64,000 nucleotides of DNA, from the NCBI GenBank assembly GCA_964016885.1, contig OZ024741.1, forward strand, positions 173,848,001-173,912,000, read 5' to 3'. Under the pieces are notes generated by a model. It had not been told where the DNA came from. It did not search any database and worked only from the letters and a program-made list of their open reading frames with translations. Shown here in pieces: positions 10,719-25,604 of this stretch (the stretch's first letter is position 1; the number at the start of each line of letters is the position of its first letter). This DNA is from Eledone cirrhosa (lineage: Eukaryota). The translations under genes were made by a program, and so were the position numbers.

Positions 10719-12672
10719 ATCTTAGCTCTTCTTGACCCAACGATCATCACGTATCTGCATCACATGTCCTTACCAGTGCAATCTTCTCTCTTGCACATCT
10801 GATTCAACTTATGCCCAGTTTTTCACTCAGTTCATTCTTGCTTCATCATTCATGCATACTAACATTACACATTCTTAAAGAGCATGTTTGATTTGTTTCT
10901 CTGCAGTCTTCACACATTCTCTGCATTCACTGCTCATGTCTTACTACAATGTTGTATCACACTTAAGAGACGTGCAACTAACAAGCGAATACCCTCTATC
11001 AGGCATCTACCATACTCTGAATGCTTTGCTTCCCTGGGCATGGATTCATTGAAGCTCCGACGTCTGGCAACTGACTTGGTAAACACGCACAACATTATTA
11101 ACCATCTCGCCAACAACAAACCTGAGCACCTTTTTGATTTCCATGTGTCTAACACACGTGGGCATGCCTACAAAGTCAGGAAACGGCACAGCTCCCATGA
11201 CTTTCGGAAACATTTTTTCACACTCAGAGTTGCTGAAGCATGGAACAAACTACCTGCATCAGTTGTTAGCTGTCGAGATACAGCATCCTTTAAATCCTCC
11301 ATGCTTCCTGAAATTCACCAACACTATACCTGATATCCCGCCTCCACACACACACACACACACATGTATACCATGACTTATACACTGTTCATTTTCCTGA
11401 CATTTGTTCGGACGCCAAGTATAGAGTTATGGCCCTTGTCATTCTGAGTTCAAATACCGCCGAGGTTAACTTTGCCTTTCATCCTTACGGGGTGGATTAA
11501 ATAAAGTACCAGTAATACACTGCAATAATTGCTGGCCTTCTGCCAAAAAGTAGAAACAATTATTCTATGTACTATACATGCATCTTTGATGAGTTGTAGT
11601 GCACCTGAGCACGTTGCACAATAATTTGTGCCTAAAGTAGAAACAATTATTATTATATATAATTAAAGTGTTAGATATTCAGAGAGAGGGGGGCGGGGGA
11701 CGTCGCACAAAAGTCTTTGATTTTACAGAACAAAGAAAAAATTGTTACTATTTGAAATTAATCTAGGGTGTATATTAATTTAGCTTTTTGAGGATAGTGT
11801 CATGTTATTACTGACCTAATTCAGATAACAGAGTGTCAACCTATTCTCTAAGGCTGCTATTTGCATTTATTTCTATTTTGTTTTATAATGCTTTGTATTA
11901 TTGTTTTCTTTTTAAAGATATTTTCCAAGAAAATTAATTTCATAATGTCACCAAAACACCGCTCATCTATCGGGAGGAGGTACAATGTCCGCCAAACGGT
12001 TGAAATCTTCAAACGAAAGAGAAACTCACGAACAATATAAAAAAAAAGACTTGGGAATAAAGGGACAAGTAAATATTGTGACATACAGCAGAATATGGAA
12101 CAGAAAGGTTAAGACATCAAGAAACGATCGCAACTTTCTGAAAGTCTACAGAACCTGATGTCTCAGATTAAGGCAAGAAGAAAGACTATCGCAACAAACA
12201 GGGGTTCAATACGAAAATCACCAAGAAGCAATGAGAGTTGTGAGGCAAACTCGACGAGCACAAAGAACACTTCAGGGCAATATAAACTGGCTAAGAGCTG
12301 CGTTTTCATATGATCCGTCGAAGAATTACAGAAGAATAATAGAAATGATCCTAAAGTCACAATTGGTAGCATGGATATTACATTTGTCATGTGTTGCTTA
12401 GCAGGAAAGGTTTGACTTCCACTGATAGAGGACCCTCCAGCTTATATCCATATATTGCTTACAGACCATATTAACGAAGCTGAACACTTCAGAAGCAATG
12501 TTACGTGGAATATTGCTGCGTTTCAGATGACGCCCTTTGGAGCTGAAAAAGATCATACTGACTATGGTTATTTCACATTTAAATTCCAAGGCCAATGCTA
12601 TCATTTAATCGGCAGTTTACTCTCCCAGCCTAATAAGGAAGTTTTAAGATTGTTTTTCTCGCTCTCTCTCTT

Positions 12673-12790
<118 letters not shown>

Positions 12791-14179
12791 TACTGTCTCA
12801 CCTCATACTGTAAACCAGACAACACATCCAATACAGTCGTTTTCTCTTTTATCCGTCTTCTCTTAACTGTTCTCCCGGGCGATGCCAGGTACCTCAGCTA
12901 ATTCTCTATATTTGTCTATATTGAAAAATTGCCCCTTTGTAGGGTCCTGTATTATTGGCAGATGTATACATTCAAATAAATGAACAAATCAGGATGGTGC
13001 TAAATTTACTCTTGAAAAGTTATATTTAGCTTTTGTTGATCTAGAGAAGGCCTTTGATAGGGTACCCCGATCTGTCATCTGGTGGTCCCTAAGGAAACTA
13101 GGTGTAGAGGAATGGCTTGTGAGGACAGTGCAAGCTATGTACATGGGTGCTGTGAGTAAAGTGAGAATAGGAATGGAGTTTAGTGAGGAATTCCAGATAC
13201 AAGTAGGTGTACATCAAGGTTCTGTCCTCAGCCCACTCTTGTTCATTATAGTCTCCCAAGCCATAACAGAGGAGGTTAAGACTGGCTGTCCATGGGAACT
13301 TCTCTATGATGACGATCTGGTTCTTATAGCAGAATCAGTAGAGGAGCTAGAGAATAAATTCTGGCTATGGAAACAGCAGTTGGAATCAAGAGGCCTGAGA
13401 GTGAACATAGCTAAAACAAAGGTGTTGATGAGTAGAAAAGAGGACAACACTCTGATTCCAGCAGGGAAATGGCCATGTTTGATATGTAGGAAAGGAACTG
13501 GCATAAATTCCATAAAATGTACGTAATGCAGATCTTGGGTACACAAGAGATGTAGTGGGATAGCAGGCAAACTAACAGGTAGGGAAAACTACGTATGCAG
13601 TAGATGTACAGGGAAAGTTGGCAGTAGTAATCGCAGTGATAGACTCATTTTTCCAATGCAGGTGGGTTCTATAGAAGTGGTTGATAGTTTTCGCTACCTA
13701 GGTGATCAGATTAGCATGGGAGGGGGCTGTTCCGAAGCCATAGTATCTAGAATAAGGACGGGTTGGAAGAAGTTTAGGGAGCTGCTTCCTCTGTTGATGA
13801 AGAAGGGTTTCTCCCTGCGTACGAAAGGACGGTTATATGATGCCTGTGTGAGATGCGCGATGCTGTATGGTAGTGAGACATGGGCAGCAACTGCAGAAGA
13901 TATGCGACGGCTGGAGAGAAATGAAGCTAGTATGCTCCGTTGGATGAGCAATGTCAATGTGCGTGAACGACAAAGCATAGACGAGTTGAGAAAGAAACTG
14001 GGTATAAGAGGGATAAGTTGTGGTGTGCAAGAGAAAAGGCTGAGATGGTATGAACATGTGATGCGCATGGAGGATGACCGATGAGTGAAGAAGTGCCAGG
14101 AATCCCCAGTGGAGGGAAGGCGCAGTAGACCACGAAAAACATGGGCGGAGGTGGTGTAGCAGACCTCAGATAGCTGAAA

Positions 14180-16550
14180 TTCTGCGAAGTTGACATTAAA
14201 GGTGATGTCCGTCTCCTCTCTTCTCTGTCCTCCCTTGCTCCGTGCAATTCTGATTCTCTTGAGTGACTGAAAGAGAAGCACCCATCGGCACCCCCAGATG
14301 ATCAGCTACACTAGCCCGAACCACCAGAATACTCGAGACTGGTTTACACCACCAATATCATCAGAAAGGCGATTTCATCCTTCCCCGCTGGGTCAGGCGC
14401 GGGAATTGACGGCCTTCGTCCTCAACACCTGAAGGATGGTAACTCCTTATCGGTCGGTGACGCCGTACTCGAGCTCTTGGAGAGTCTAACTCAGTTTGTG
14501 AATCAGATCTCTTCAGTGAATGCTCTCGCGTTCATTCACCCACTGTTCTTCGGTGCGAAGCTATTTGGTCTCACCAAGCCCAAAGGGAGCCTGCGCCCCA
14601 TTGCGTTTGGCTGCACCCTTCGCCGCCTCACTGCAAAGGCGTGTTTGCTGTTGGTCTCCAACCTCACTGGCGGAGGAATTTTCCCCCACCCAGTTGGGAT
14701 GTGAGGCTGCTGTCCACGCTACCAGAGCATTTACCAACTTCCCCTCCTCCTCCCCCAAGGTCATCCTCAAACTTGACCTCAAGAATGCATTTTACTTCGT
14801 CAGCTGCGACGTCGTCCTCGGCTCAGTAAGAGAGAGAGTCCCACAACTCTACAACTTTGCTTGGCAGGTTTATCGGGAGCCCTCCTACCTCTCTTTCGGT
14901 GACCAAATCATCACCTTTGCCTCAGGAGTTCAACAGGGTGTCCCACTCCGACCCGCTCTGTGTGCACTGGGCATTGATGACGTCACCAAGATGAGGGATT
15001 GAGTTGGACCTCAATGCCTGGTACTTCGACGACGCCTGTTTGGGCGGGAAGTCCGGATATAGTTCTCGCCACTGCCAACAAGATGGTTGAGGAGCTTGGC
15101 CGCCGGGGTCTTCTGGTCAATAGCTCCAAATATGAGCTCTGGATCCTCAACCAACCGGCTTCTCAACACCAACAGCTAATCGACCTGTTTGCAGAGTCCT
15201 TCCCTTCCATCGGCGTCCCTCCTCCGTCTGCTTTGTGCTCCTTAGGAACCCCAATCACAGACCTGGCCTTCAAGTCAATCTTCCAATCGAAGATGGTTGG
15301 CCTTGAGCAACTGCTGAGGAATATCGAAGTTATCGAACCCCATCAAGGTTTCTTCATACTCAGGAACTACCTTTCTATTCCTATGCTTCTGTATCTGCTC
15401 AGGGCCAGCCACTCTCACAGATTTCCATCCTGCCTTCAATGCTTCGACGACCTAATCTTCGAGAGACTCGAGTGCCTGGTCAATGTTAGACTCTCTCCAG
15501 AGTCCCGCGATCAGGCTGCTTTGCCCTAGCGATTTGGGGTTCTTGGTCTTCGTAAGTGTTCGTCCCTCTCTCTCCCCTGCTTCCTTTCATCCACCCTCGC
15601 TCCACCCTGGTGAGCAACATCCTCTCCTCTCCAACATGGACTAGTTCCAACAGGGAGATGAGTGAAGCTCTCCAGCAATGGAGTGAGTTGTGCTTGTCTC
15701 TTACTAAGAAGGTGGAGGACAGTCGAAGTCAGAGAACTTGGGACAGCATAAGTTCGAAGGCCACCTTTGACTCCCTCTTAGTCCAGTCAGATCAGTTTGC
15801 AAGGTGCTGCTTACTATCTGCCAACGCCAAATACTCAGGCGACTTACCCGTGGCCAACGTTGGTGGCTTACTCAGTTTGGACGAACTTCGAGTCTCCATA
15901 GCCCTCAGAGTGCGAACTGACATCTGCATGGGTTTGAGGTGCTGATGCGGCAAACTCCTCGACTCCACAGGCCTCCACGGTCGTTCTTGCCGCCTGATGC
16001 CGGCCGCTTCGCGCGTCACACGGAGCTAAACCTCATTCTAAAGAGAGCTTTGGCCCGAGCGAATATTCCCTCAGTCTTGGAACCATCTGGGTTGCCCAGA
16101 AGTGACGGCAAAAGACCTGAGGGCCTTACACTGTGCCCCTGGTCGAGAGGCAGGTACCTTGTCTAGGACGTCACTGTTAGTGACTCTTTTGCTCTTTCCC
16201 ACATACTGGATGCTGCAGTTAGGACGAGAGCCACAGCTTCTGCAGCCGAGCGGAGTAAGACCCTCACATACTCATTTTTCAGCCTGTGGCTTCGTGACGT
16301 TTGAGGGAGTCGGGCGGCTGTCTGCGAGGTTCCTCTCTTCACTGGTGGCTCGCCTAATAGAGGTAACTGGCGAATCTCGCGAGGGCGCTTACCTGTTTCA
16401 GCGCATCAGCCCCGCCATCACCCGAGGCAACGCTGCGAGTGGGCTGGCTTGCCTCAAAAATCACTAGAGAGGTTGCCCAGTACTCCTCGCGACGTTGCTG
16501 TCTTTTGCTCTGGTGTTGGCTCGGTTATTCCCCCTTTCCTTTTCATTTTC
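14180..16550 (+). mobile_element. Degenerate CRE-like non-LTR retrotransposon, unit 3
   Basis: Same motifs as unit 2. Confidence 0.85.
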
Positions 16551-17177
16551 TTTAATATTTGTTTCTACTTTAGGCACAAGGCCAGCAATTACCCAGTACA
16601 TTACTGGTACTTTATTTTATCGACCCCGTAAGGATGAAAGGCAAAGTTAACCTCTGCGGGATTTGAACTCAGACTGTAAAGGGACGTAACTATGCTAGAA
16701 AGCATGGCGTCCAACCCTATACCGATACTGCCAATCCACCATTAAAAGAATATATCTTTCTGAATGAATCGCGAGCAATTTATAATGTTATCGAAGCATT
16801 TGTAATGTTATTTATGTATATAATTAAAACGTGTTATGTTATTCTACTGTAAATTTATTTATATGCTCTGTTTATATTTTCATTCTGAAAGAATTGCAAA
16901 CGGTTTGTAATGTTATTTATACAACTATGAATAAAATCAATCCCGTCTTGCCAATGTAGTAGTCTAATTTAGAAGAAAATAACTCTTTTAAGTAATGAAA
17001 GCCAGAAAGAAAACATCAACATGGCTGAACTCTTGACGGTTATCTATATCTTTATATAATTGTTTCTACATTTGGCACAAGGCCAGCAATTATCTCAGTG
17101 CATAATATAAGAGAGATGTTTATTGGTTGGTTGGTGGCACGAAAACTACACGCACACACATACACATCTAAAGAGAG

Positions 17178-17252
<75 letters not shown>

Positions 17253-17288
17253 GGCCGTTATACAGAGAGATTGCGACGCAGCAGAATA

Positions 17289-18014
17289 ATGAAGATTCTA
17301 AGATTACTCTATCTGCTGGCAATGACCTATATATCAATGGTCAATGGAAACTTTAAGATTCGAGCAGATGGAACAATTTGGTTACGGAAAAGTACAACTC
17401 TTATAACTCCAACCGACAGTGATACTGCTCCTATTAGATGGAGTAGCGGAGAAAAGAATATTGCATGTGACCTATCTTGCGGTTGTTCTGAAGACTACAC
17501 AGTTACTAGAAATGATAATCTTTCTAGTCTTTGGATAAGAGAGGTTTCTTTTAATTATCGTACATGGTCAGTTTCTGGTGACGGTATTGATAGTGATTCC
17601 TTCACTATGAATATAAATGTGGAACCAGAGGTTAAAATTGAAAAGACAACAAATTGTGAATACAAAATAATAGCGGAGTGTTCTAAACCCAAGGCAGTTA
17701 TAGAATGTTTCTTCAACAATAAAACAATGAATCTTGAAAACGAAACTCAACCATGTCATCTTAAAATTCCTAAAACAAGCGCTGCTATAATAAAACTACC
17801 ATTTGCATATGGGAAAATCAACTGTGATGTCCGTCTTGATAGCATTTTGAATATTTCTAAAACTGAAGAATTTAATTGTAAAAGTGTAGAATTTCGAGAG
17901 GAAATGACTACAATATCGCCTGTTTTAAGTAAAAGTGCAAAATCCTGCATTTCCAGAATTTGGATGGAACTTATTATTGGGATCATAATTACTGTTATCT
18001 GTTTAAGATATTAA
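17289..18014 (+). CDS. Cell-surface two-Ig-domain-like protein, paralog 3 (241 aa, short stalk)
   Basis: Paralog with ATG at 17289, intact frame and the same architecture. Confidence 0.85.
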   Translation: MKILRLLYLLAMTYISMVNGNFKIRADGTIWLRKSTTLITPTDSDTAPIRWSSGEKNIACDLSCGCSEDYTVTRNDNLSSLWIREVSFNYRTWSVSGDGIDSDSFTMNINVEPEVKIEKTTNCEYKIIAECSKPKAVIECFFNNKTMNLENETQPCHLKIPKTSAAIIKLPFAYGKINCDVRLDSILNISKTEEFNCKSVEFREEMTTISPVLSKSAKSCISRIWMELIIGIIITVICLRY

Positions 18015-20144
18015 AAAGTAATAGACAGGGATGGTATGTAATCGTCTGTTATTTTTTTGCATGAGTTGGATGGGTTTTCACCCTCACAGCTTACTTTCAC
18101 TTGTTCCATTCATTTGTTAACAATTTGAGATCAGCTCTCACCACATCAGTCAAAGTCTTCCTTAGTCTTCTCTTCCACAGCTTTCTTTCATGGATTATCT
18201 TAGCTCTTCTTGACCCAACGATCATCACGTATCTGCATCACATGTCCTTACCAGTGCAATCTTCTCTCTTGCACATCTGATTCAACTTATGCCCAGTTTT
18301 TCACTCAGTTCATTCTTGCTTCATCAAGCATGCATACTAACATTACACATTCTTAAATAGCATGTTTGATTTGTTTCTCTGCAGTCTTCACACATTCTCT
18401 GCATTCACTGCTCATGTCTTACTACAATGTTGTATCACACTTAAGAGACGTGCAACTAACAAGCGAATACCCTCTATCAGGCATCTACCATACTCTGAAT
18501 GCCTTGCTTCCCTGGGCATGGATTCATTGAAGCTCCGACGTCTGGCAACTGACTTGGTAAACACGCACAACATTATTAACCATCTCGCCAATAACAACCC
18601 TGAGCACCTTTTTGATTTCCATGTGTCTAACACACGTGGGCATGCCTACAAAGTCAGGAAACGGCACAGCTCCCATAACTTTCGGAAACATTTTTTCACA
18701 CTCAGAGTTGCTGAAGCATGGAACAAACTACCTGCATCAGTTGTTAGCTGTCGAGATACAGCATCCTTTAAATCCTCCATGCTTCCTGAAATTCACCAAC
18801 ACTATACCTGATATCCCGCCTCCACACACACACACACACACATGTATACCATGACTTATACACTGTTCATTTTCCTGACATTTGTTCGGACGCCAAGTAT
18901 AGAGTTATGGCCCTTGTCATTCTGAGTTCAAATACCGCCGAGGTTAACTTTGCCTTTCATCCTTACGGGGTGGATTAAATAAAGTACCAGTAATACACTG
19001 CAATAATTGCTGGCTTTCTGCCAAAAAGTAGAAACAATTATTCTATGTACTATACATGCATCTTTGATGAGTTGTAGTGCACCTGAGCACGTTGCACAAT
19101 AATTTGTGCCTAAAGTAGAAACAATTATTATTATATATAATTAAAGTGTTAGATATTCAGAGAGAGGGGGGCGGGGGACGTCGCACAAAAGTCTTTGATT
19201 TTACAGAACAAAGAAAAAATTGATACTATTTGAAATTAATCTAGGGTGTATATTAATTTAGCTTTTTGAGGATAGTGTCATGTTATTACTGACCTAATTC
19301 AGATAACAGAGTGTCAACCTATTCTCTAAGGCTGCTATTTGCATTTATTTCTATTTTGTTTTTTAATGCTTTGTATTATTGTTTTCTTTTTAAAGATATT
19401 TTCCAAGAAAATTAATTTCATAATGTCACCAAAACACCGCTCATCTATCGGGAGGAGGTACAATGTCCGCCAAACGGTTGAAATCTTCAAACGAAAGAGA
19501 AACTCACGAACAATATTAAAAAAAAAGACTTGGGAATAAAGGGACAAGTAAACATTGTGACATACAGCAGAATATGGAACAGAAAGGTTAAGACATCAAG
19601 AAACGATCGCAACTTTCTGAAAGTCTACAGAACCTGATGTCTCAGATTAAGGCAAGAAGAAAGACTATCGCAACAAACAGGGGTTCAATACGAAAATCAC
19701 CAAGAAGCAATGAGAGTTGTGAGGCAAACTCGACGAGCACAAAGAACACTTCAGGGCAATATAAACTGGCTAAGAGCTGCGTTTTCATATGATCCGTCGA
19801 AGAATTACAGAAGAATAATAGAAATGATCCTAAAGTCACAATTGGTAGCATGGATATTACATTTGTCATGTGTTGCTTAGCAGGAAAGGTTAGACTTCCA
19901 CTGATAGAGGACCCTCCAGCTTATATCCATATATTGCTTACAGACCATATTAACGAAGCTGAACACTTCAGAAGCAATGTTACGTGGAATATTGCTGCGT
20001 TTCAGATGACGCCCTTTGGAGCTGAAAAAGATCATACTGACTATGGTTATTTCACATTTAAATTCCAAGGCCAATGCTATCATTTAATCGGCAGTTTACT
20101 CTCCCAGCCTAATAAGGAAGTTTTAAGATTTTTTTTTTATCTCA

Positions 20145-20183
<39 letters not shown>

Positions 20184-20196
20184 ACACACACACACG

Positions 20197-20285
<89 letters not shown>

Positions 20286-21674
20286 TACTGTCTCACCTCA
20301 TACTGTAAACCAGACAACACATCCAATACAGTCGTTTTCTCTTTTATCCGTCTTCTCTTAACTGTTCTCCCGGGCGATGCCAGGTACCTCAGCTAATTCT
20401 CTATATTTGTCTATATTGAAAAATTGCCCCTTTGTAGGGTCCTGTATTATTGGCAGATGTATACATTCAAATAAATGAACAAATCAGGATGGTGCTAAAT
20501 TTACTCTTGAAAAGTTATATTTAGCTCTTGTTGACCTAGAGAAGGCCTTTGATAGGGTACCCCGATCTGTCATCTGGTGGTCCCTAAGGAAACTAGGTGT
20601 AGAGGAATGGCTTGTGAGGACAGTGCAAGCTATGTACATGGGTGCTGTGAGTAAAGTGAGAATAGGAATGGAGTTTAGTGAGGAATTCCAGATACAAGTA
20701 GGTGTACATCAAGGTTCTGTCCTCAGCCCACTCTTGTTCATTATAGTCTCCCAAGCCATAACAGAGGAGGTTAAGACTGGCTGTCCATGGGAACTTCTCT
20801 ATGATGACGATCTGGTTCTTATAGCAGAATCAGTAGAGGAGCTAGAGAATAAATTCTGGCTATGGAAACAGCAGTTGGAATCAAGAGGCCTGAGAGTGAA
20901 CATAGCTAAAACAAAGGTGTTGATGAGTAGAAAAGAGGACAACACTCTGATTCCAGCAGGGAAATGGCCATGTTTGATATGTAGGAAAGGAACTGGCATA
21001 AATTCCATAAAATGTACGTAATGCAGATCTTGGGTACACAAGAGATGTAGTGGGATAGCAGGCAAACTAACAGGTAGGGAAAACTACGTATGCAGTAGAT
21101 GTACAGGGAAAGTTGGCAGTAGTAATCGCAGTGATAGACTCATTTTTCCAATGCAGGTGGGTTCTATAGAAGTGGTTGATAGTTTTCGCTACCTAGGTGA
21201 TCAGATTAGCATGGGAGGGGGCTGTTCCGAAGCCATAGTATCTAGAATAAGGACGGGTTGGAAGAAGTTTAGGGAGCTGCTTCCTCTGTTGATGAAGAAG
21301 GGTTTCTCCCTGCGTACGAAAGGACGGTTATATGATGCCTGTGTGAGATGCGCGATGCTGTATGGTAGTGAGACATGGGCAGCAACTGCAGAGGATATGC
21401 GACGGCTGGAGAGAAATGAAGCTAGTATGCTCCGTTGGATGTGCAATGTCAATGTGCGTGAACGACAAAGCATAGACGAGTTGAGAAAGAAACTGGGTAT
21501 AAGAGGGATAAGTTGTGGTGTGCAAGAGAGAAGGCTGAGATGGTATGAACATGTGATGCGCATGGAGGATGACCGATGAGTGAAGAAGTGCCAGGAATCC
21601 CCAGTGGAGGGAAGGCGCAGTAGACCACGAAAAACATGGGCGGAGGTGGTGTAGCAGACCTCAGATAGCTGAAA

Positions 21675-24060
21675 TTCTGCGAAGTTGACATTAAAGGTGA
21701 TGTCCGTCTCCTCTCTTCTCTGTCCTCCCTTGCTCCGTGCAATTCTGATTCTCTTGAGTGACTGAAAGAGAAGCACCCATCGGCACCCCCAGATGATCAG
21801 CTACACTAGCTCGAACCACCAGAATACTCGAGACTGGTTTACACCACCAATATCATCAGAAAGGCGATTTCATCCTTCCCCGCTGGGTCAGGCGCGGGAA
21901 TTGACGGCCTTCGTCCTCAACACCTGAAGGATGGTAACTCCTTATCGGTCGGTGACGCCGTACTCGAGCTCTTGGAGAGTCTAACTCAGTTTGTGAATCA
22001 GATCTCTTCAGTGAATGCTCTCGCGTTCATTCACCCACTGTTCTTCGGTGCGAAGCTATTTGGTCTCACCAAGCCCAAAGGGAGCCTGCGCCCCATTGCG
22101 TTTGGCTGCACCCTTCGCCGCCTCACTGCAAAGGCGTGTTTGCTGTTGGTCTCCAACCTCACTGGCGGAGGAATTTTCCCCCACCCAGTTGGGATGTGAG
22201 GCTGCTGTCCACGCTACCAGAGCATTTACCAACTTCCCCTCCTCCCCCCCAAGGTCATCCTCAAACTTGACCTCAAGAATGCATTTTACTTCGTCAGCTG
22301 CGACGTCGTCCTCGGCTCAGTAAGAGAGAGAGTCCCACAATCTACAACTTTGCTTGGCAGGCTTATCGGGAGCCCTCCTACCTCTCTTTCGCTGACCAAA
22401 TCATCACCTTTGCCTCAGGAGTTCAACAGGGTGTCCCACTCCGACCCGCTCTGTGTGCACTGGGCATTGATGACGTCACCAAGATGAGGGATTGAGTTGG
22501 ACCTCAATGCCTGGTACCGCGACGACGCCTATTTGGGCGGGAACTCCGGATATAGTTCTCGCCACTGCCAACAAGATGGTTGAGGAGCTTGGCCGCCGGG
22601 GTCTTCTGGTCAATAGCTCCAAATGTGAGCTCTGGATCCTCAACCAACCGGCTTCTCAACACCAACAGCTAATCGACCTGTTTGCAGAGTCCTTCCCTTC
22701 CATCGCCGTCCCTCCTCCGTCTGCTTTGTGCTCCTTAGGAACCCCAATCACAGACCTGGCCTTCAAGTCAATCTTCCAATCGAAGATGGTTGGTCTTGAG
22801 CAACTGCTGAGGAATATCGAAGTTATCGAACCCCATTAAGGTTTCTTCATACTCAGGAACTACCTTTCTATTCCTAAGCTTCTGTATCTGCTCAGGGTCA
22901 GCCCCTCTCACAGATTTCCGTCCTGCCTTCAATGCTTCGACGACCTAATCTTCGAGAGACTCGAGTGCCTGGTCATTGTTAGACTCTCTCCGGAGTCCCG
23001 CGATCAGGCTGCTTTGCCCTAGCGATTTGGGGGGTCTTGGTCTTCGTAAGTGTTCGTCCCTCTCTCTCCCCTGCTTCCTTTCATCCACCCACGCTCCACC
23101 CTGGTGAGCAACATCCTCTCCTCTCCAACATGGACTAGTTCCAACAGGGAGATGGGTGAAGCTCTCCAGCAATGGAGTGAGTTGTGCTTGTCTCTTACTA
23201 AGAAGGTGGAGGACAGTCGAAGTTAGAGAACTTGGGACATCATAAGTTCGAAGGCCACCTTTGACTCCCTCTTAGTCCAGTCAGATCAGTTTGCAAGGTG
23301 CTGCTTACTATCTGCCAACGCCAAATACTTAGGCGACTTACCTGTGGCCAACGTTGGTGGCTTACTCAGTTTGGACGAACTTCGTGTCTCCATAGCCCTC
23401 AGAGTGCGAGCTGACATCTGCATGGGTTTGAGGTGCTGATGCGGCAAACTCCTCGACTCCACAGGCCTCCACGGTGGTTATTGCTGCCTGATGCCGGCCG
23501 CTTCGCGCGTCACACGGAACTAAATCTCATTCTAAAGAGAGCTTTGGCCCGAGCGAATATTCCCTCAGTCTTGGAACCATCTGGGTTGTCCAAAAGTGAC
23601 GGCAAAAGACCTGAGGGCCTTACCCTGTGCCCCTGGTCGAGAGGCAGGTACCTTGTCTAGGACGTCACTGTTAGTGACTCTTTTGCTCTTTCCCACATAC
23701 TGGATGCTGCGGTTAGGACGAGAGCCACAGCTTCTGCAGCCGAGCGGAATAAGACACTCACATGCTCTGATCGTTTTGCCAGCTACATTTTTCAGCCTGT
23801 GGCTTTCAAGACTTTTGAGGGAGTCGGGCCGCTGCCTGCGAGGTTCCTCTCTTCACTGGCGGCTCGCCTAATAGAGGTAACTGGCGAATCTCGCGAGGGC
23901 GCTTGCCTGTTTCTGCCCATCAGCCCCGCCATCACCAGAGGCAACGCTGCGAGCGGGCTGGCTTGCCTCAAAAATCACTAGAGAGGTTGCCCAGTACTCT
24001 TCGCGACGTTGCTGTCTTTTGCTCTGGTGTTGGCTCCGTTGTTCACCCTTTCCTTTTCAT
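21675..24060 (+). mobile_element. Degenerate CRE-like non-LTR retrotransposon, unit 4
   Basis: Same motifs as unit 2. Confidence 0.85.
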
Positions 24061-24336
24061 TTTTTTAAATATTGTAACATTAAAAGAATATATCTTTCTG
24101 AATGAATCGCGAGCAATTTATAATGTTATCGAAGCATTTGTAATGTTATTTATGAATATATTTAAAACATGTGTTATGTTATTCTACTGTAAACTTATTT
24201 ATATGCTCTGTTTATATTTTCATTCTGAAAGAATTGCAAACGATTTGTAATGTTATTTATACACCTATGAATAAAATCAATCCCGTCTTGCCAATGTAGT
24301 AGTCTAATTTAGAAAAAAATAACCCTTTTAAGTAAT

Positions 24337-24515
24337 TGTTTCTACTTTAGGCACAAGGCCAGCAACTACCCAGTACATTACTGGTACTTTATTTTATCGA
24401 CCCCGTAAGGATGATAGGCAAAGTTAACCTAGGCGGGATTTGAACTCAGACTGTAAAGGGACGTAACTATGCTAGAAAGCATGGCGTCCAACCCTCTACT
24501 GATACTGCCAATTCA
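24337..24515 (-). mobile_element. SINE unique to unit 4, with target-site duplication
   Basis: Flanked by ccttttaagtaat at 24324-24336 and 24516-24528; the site is empty in the other units. Confidence 0.9.
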
Positions 24516-24726
24516 CCTTTTAAGTAATGAAAGACAGAAAGAAAACATCAACATGGCTGAACTCTTGACGGTTATCTATATCTTTATATAATTGTTTCTA
24601 CTTTTGGCACAAGGCCAGCAATTATCCCAGTGCATAATATAAGAGAGATGTTTATTGGTTGGTTGATTGCACGAAAACTACACGCACACACATACACATC
24701 TAAAGAGAGAGCGCGAGAGAGAGAGA

Positions 24727-24815
<89 letters not shown>

Positions 24816-24848
24816 CGTTATACAGAGAGATTGCGACGCAGCAGGATA

Positions 24849-25604
24849 ATGAAGATTCTAACATTACTCTATCTGCTGGCAATGACCTATATATCAATGG
24901 TCAATGGAGACTTTAAGATTCGAGCAAATGGAACAATTTGGTTAGGGAAAAGTATAACTCTTATAACTCCAACCGACAGTGATACTGCTCCTATTAACTG
25001 GACTAGCGGAGAAAAGAATATTGAATGTAACATAACTTGCGGTGGGAATGATGACTACATAGTTACTAGAAATGATAATCTTTCTAGTCTTTGGATAAGA
25101 GAGGTTTCTTTTAATTACGGTACATGGTCAGTTTCTGGTGACGGTATTGATAGTTATGACTACACTATGAATATAAATGTGAAACCAGAGGTTAAAATTG
25201 AAAAGACAACAAATTGTGAATACAAAATAATAGCGAAGTGTTCTAACCCCAAGGCAGTTATAGAATGTTTCTTCAACAATAAAATAATGAATCTTGAACA
25301 CAAAACTCAACCTTGTCATCTTAGAATTCCTAAAACAAGCGCTGCTATAATAAAACTACCAATTGCATCTGGGAAAATCAACTGTGATGTCCGTCTTGAT
25401 AGCATTTTGAATATTTCTAAAACTGAAGAATTTGAATGTAAAACTGAAGATTTTGAAACCACTAGCACTTTTGCTAACATTTTTCGAGATGAAATGACTA
25501 CAGTATTGCCTGTTTTAAGTAAAAGTGCAAAATCCTGCATTTCCAGAATTTGGATGGAACTTATTATTGGGATCATAATTACTGTTATCTGTTTAAGATA
25601 TTAA
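24849..25604 (+). CDS. Cell-surface two-Ig-domain-like protein, paralog 4 (251 aa, long stalk)
   Basis: Paralog with ATG at 24849 and intact frame; CNITCGG and SYDY variants. Confidence 0.85.
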   Translation: MKILTLLYLLAMTYISMVNGDFKIRANGTIWLGKSITLITPTDSDTAPINWTSGEKNIECNITCGGNDDYIVTRNDNLSSLWIREVSFNYGTWSVSGDGIDSYDYTMNINVKPEVKIEKTTNCEYKIIAKCSNPKAVIECFFNNKIMNLEHKTQPCHLRIPKTSAAIIKLPIASGKINCDVRLDSILNISKTEEFECKTEDFETTSTFANIFRDEMTTVLPVLSKSAKSCISRIWMELIIGIIITVICLRY

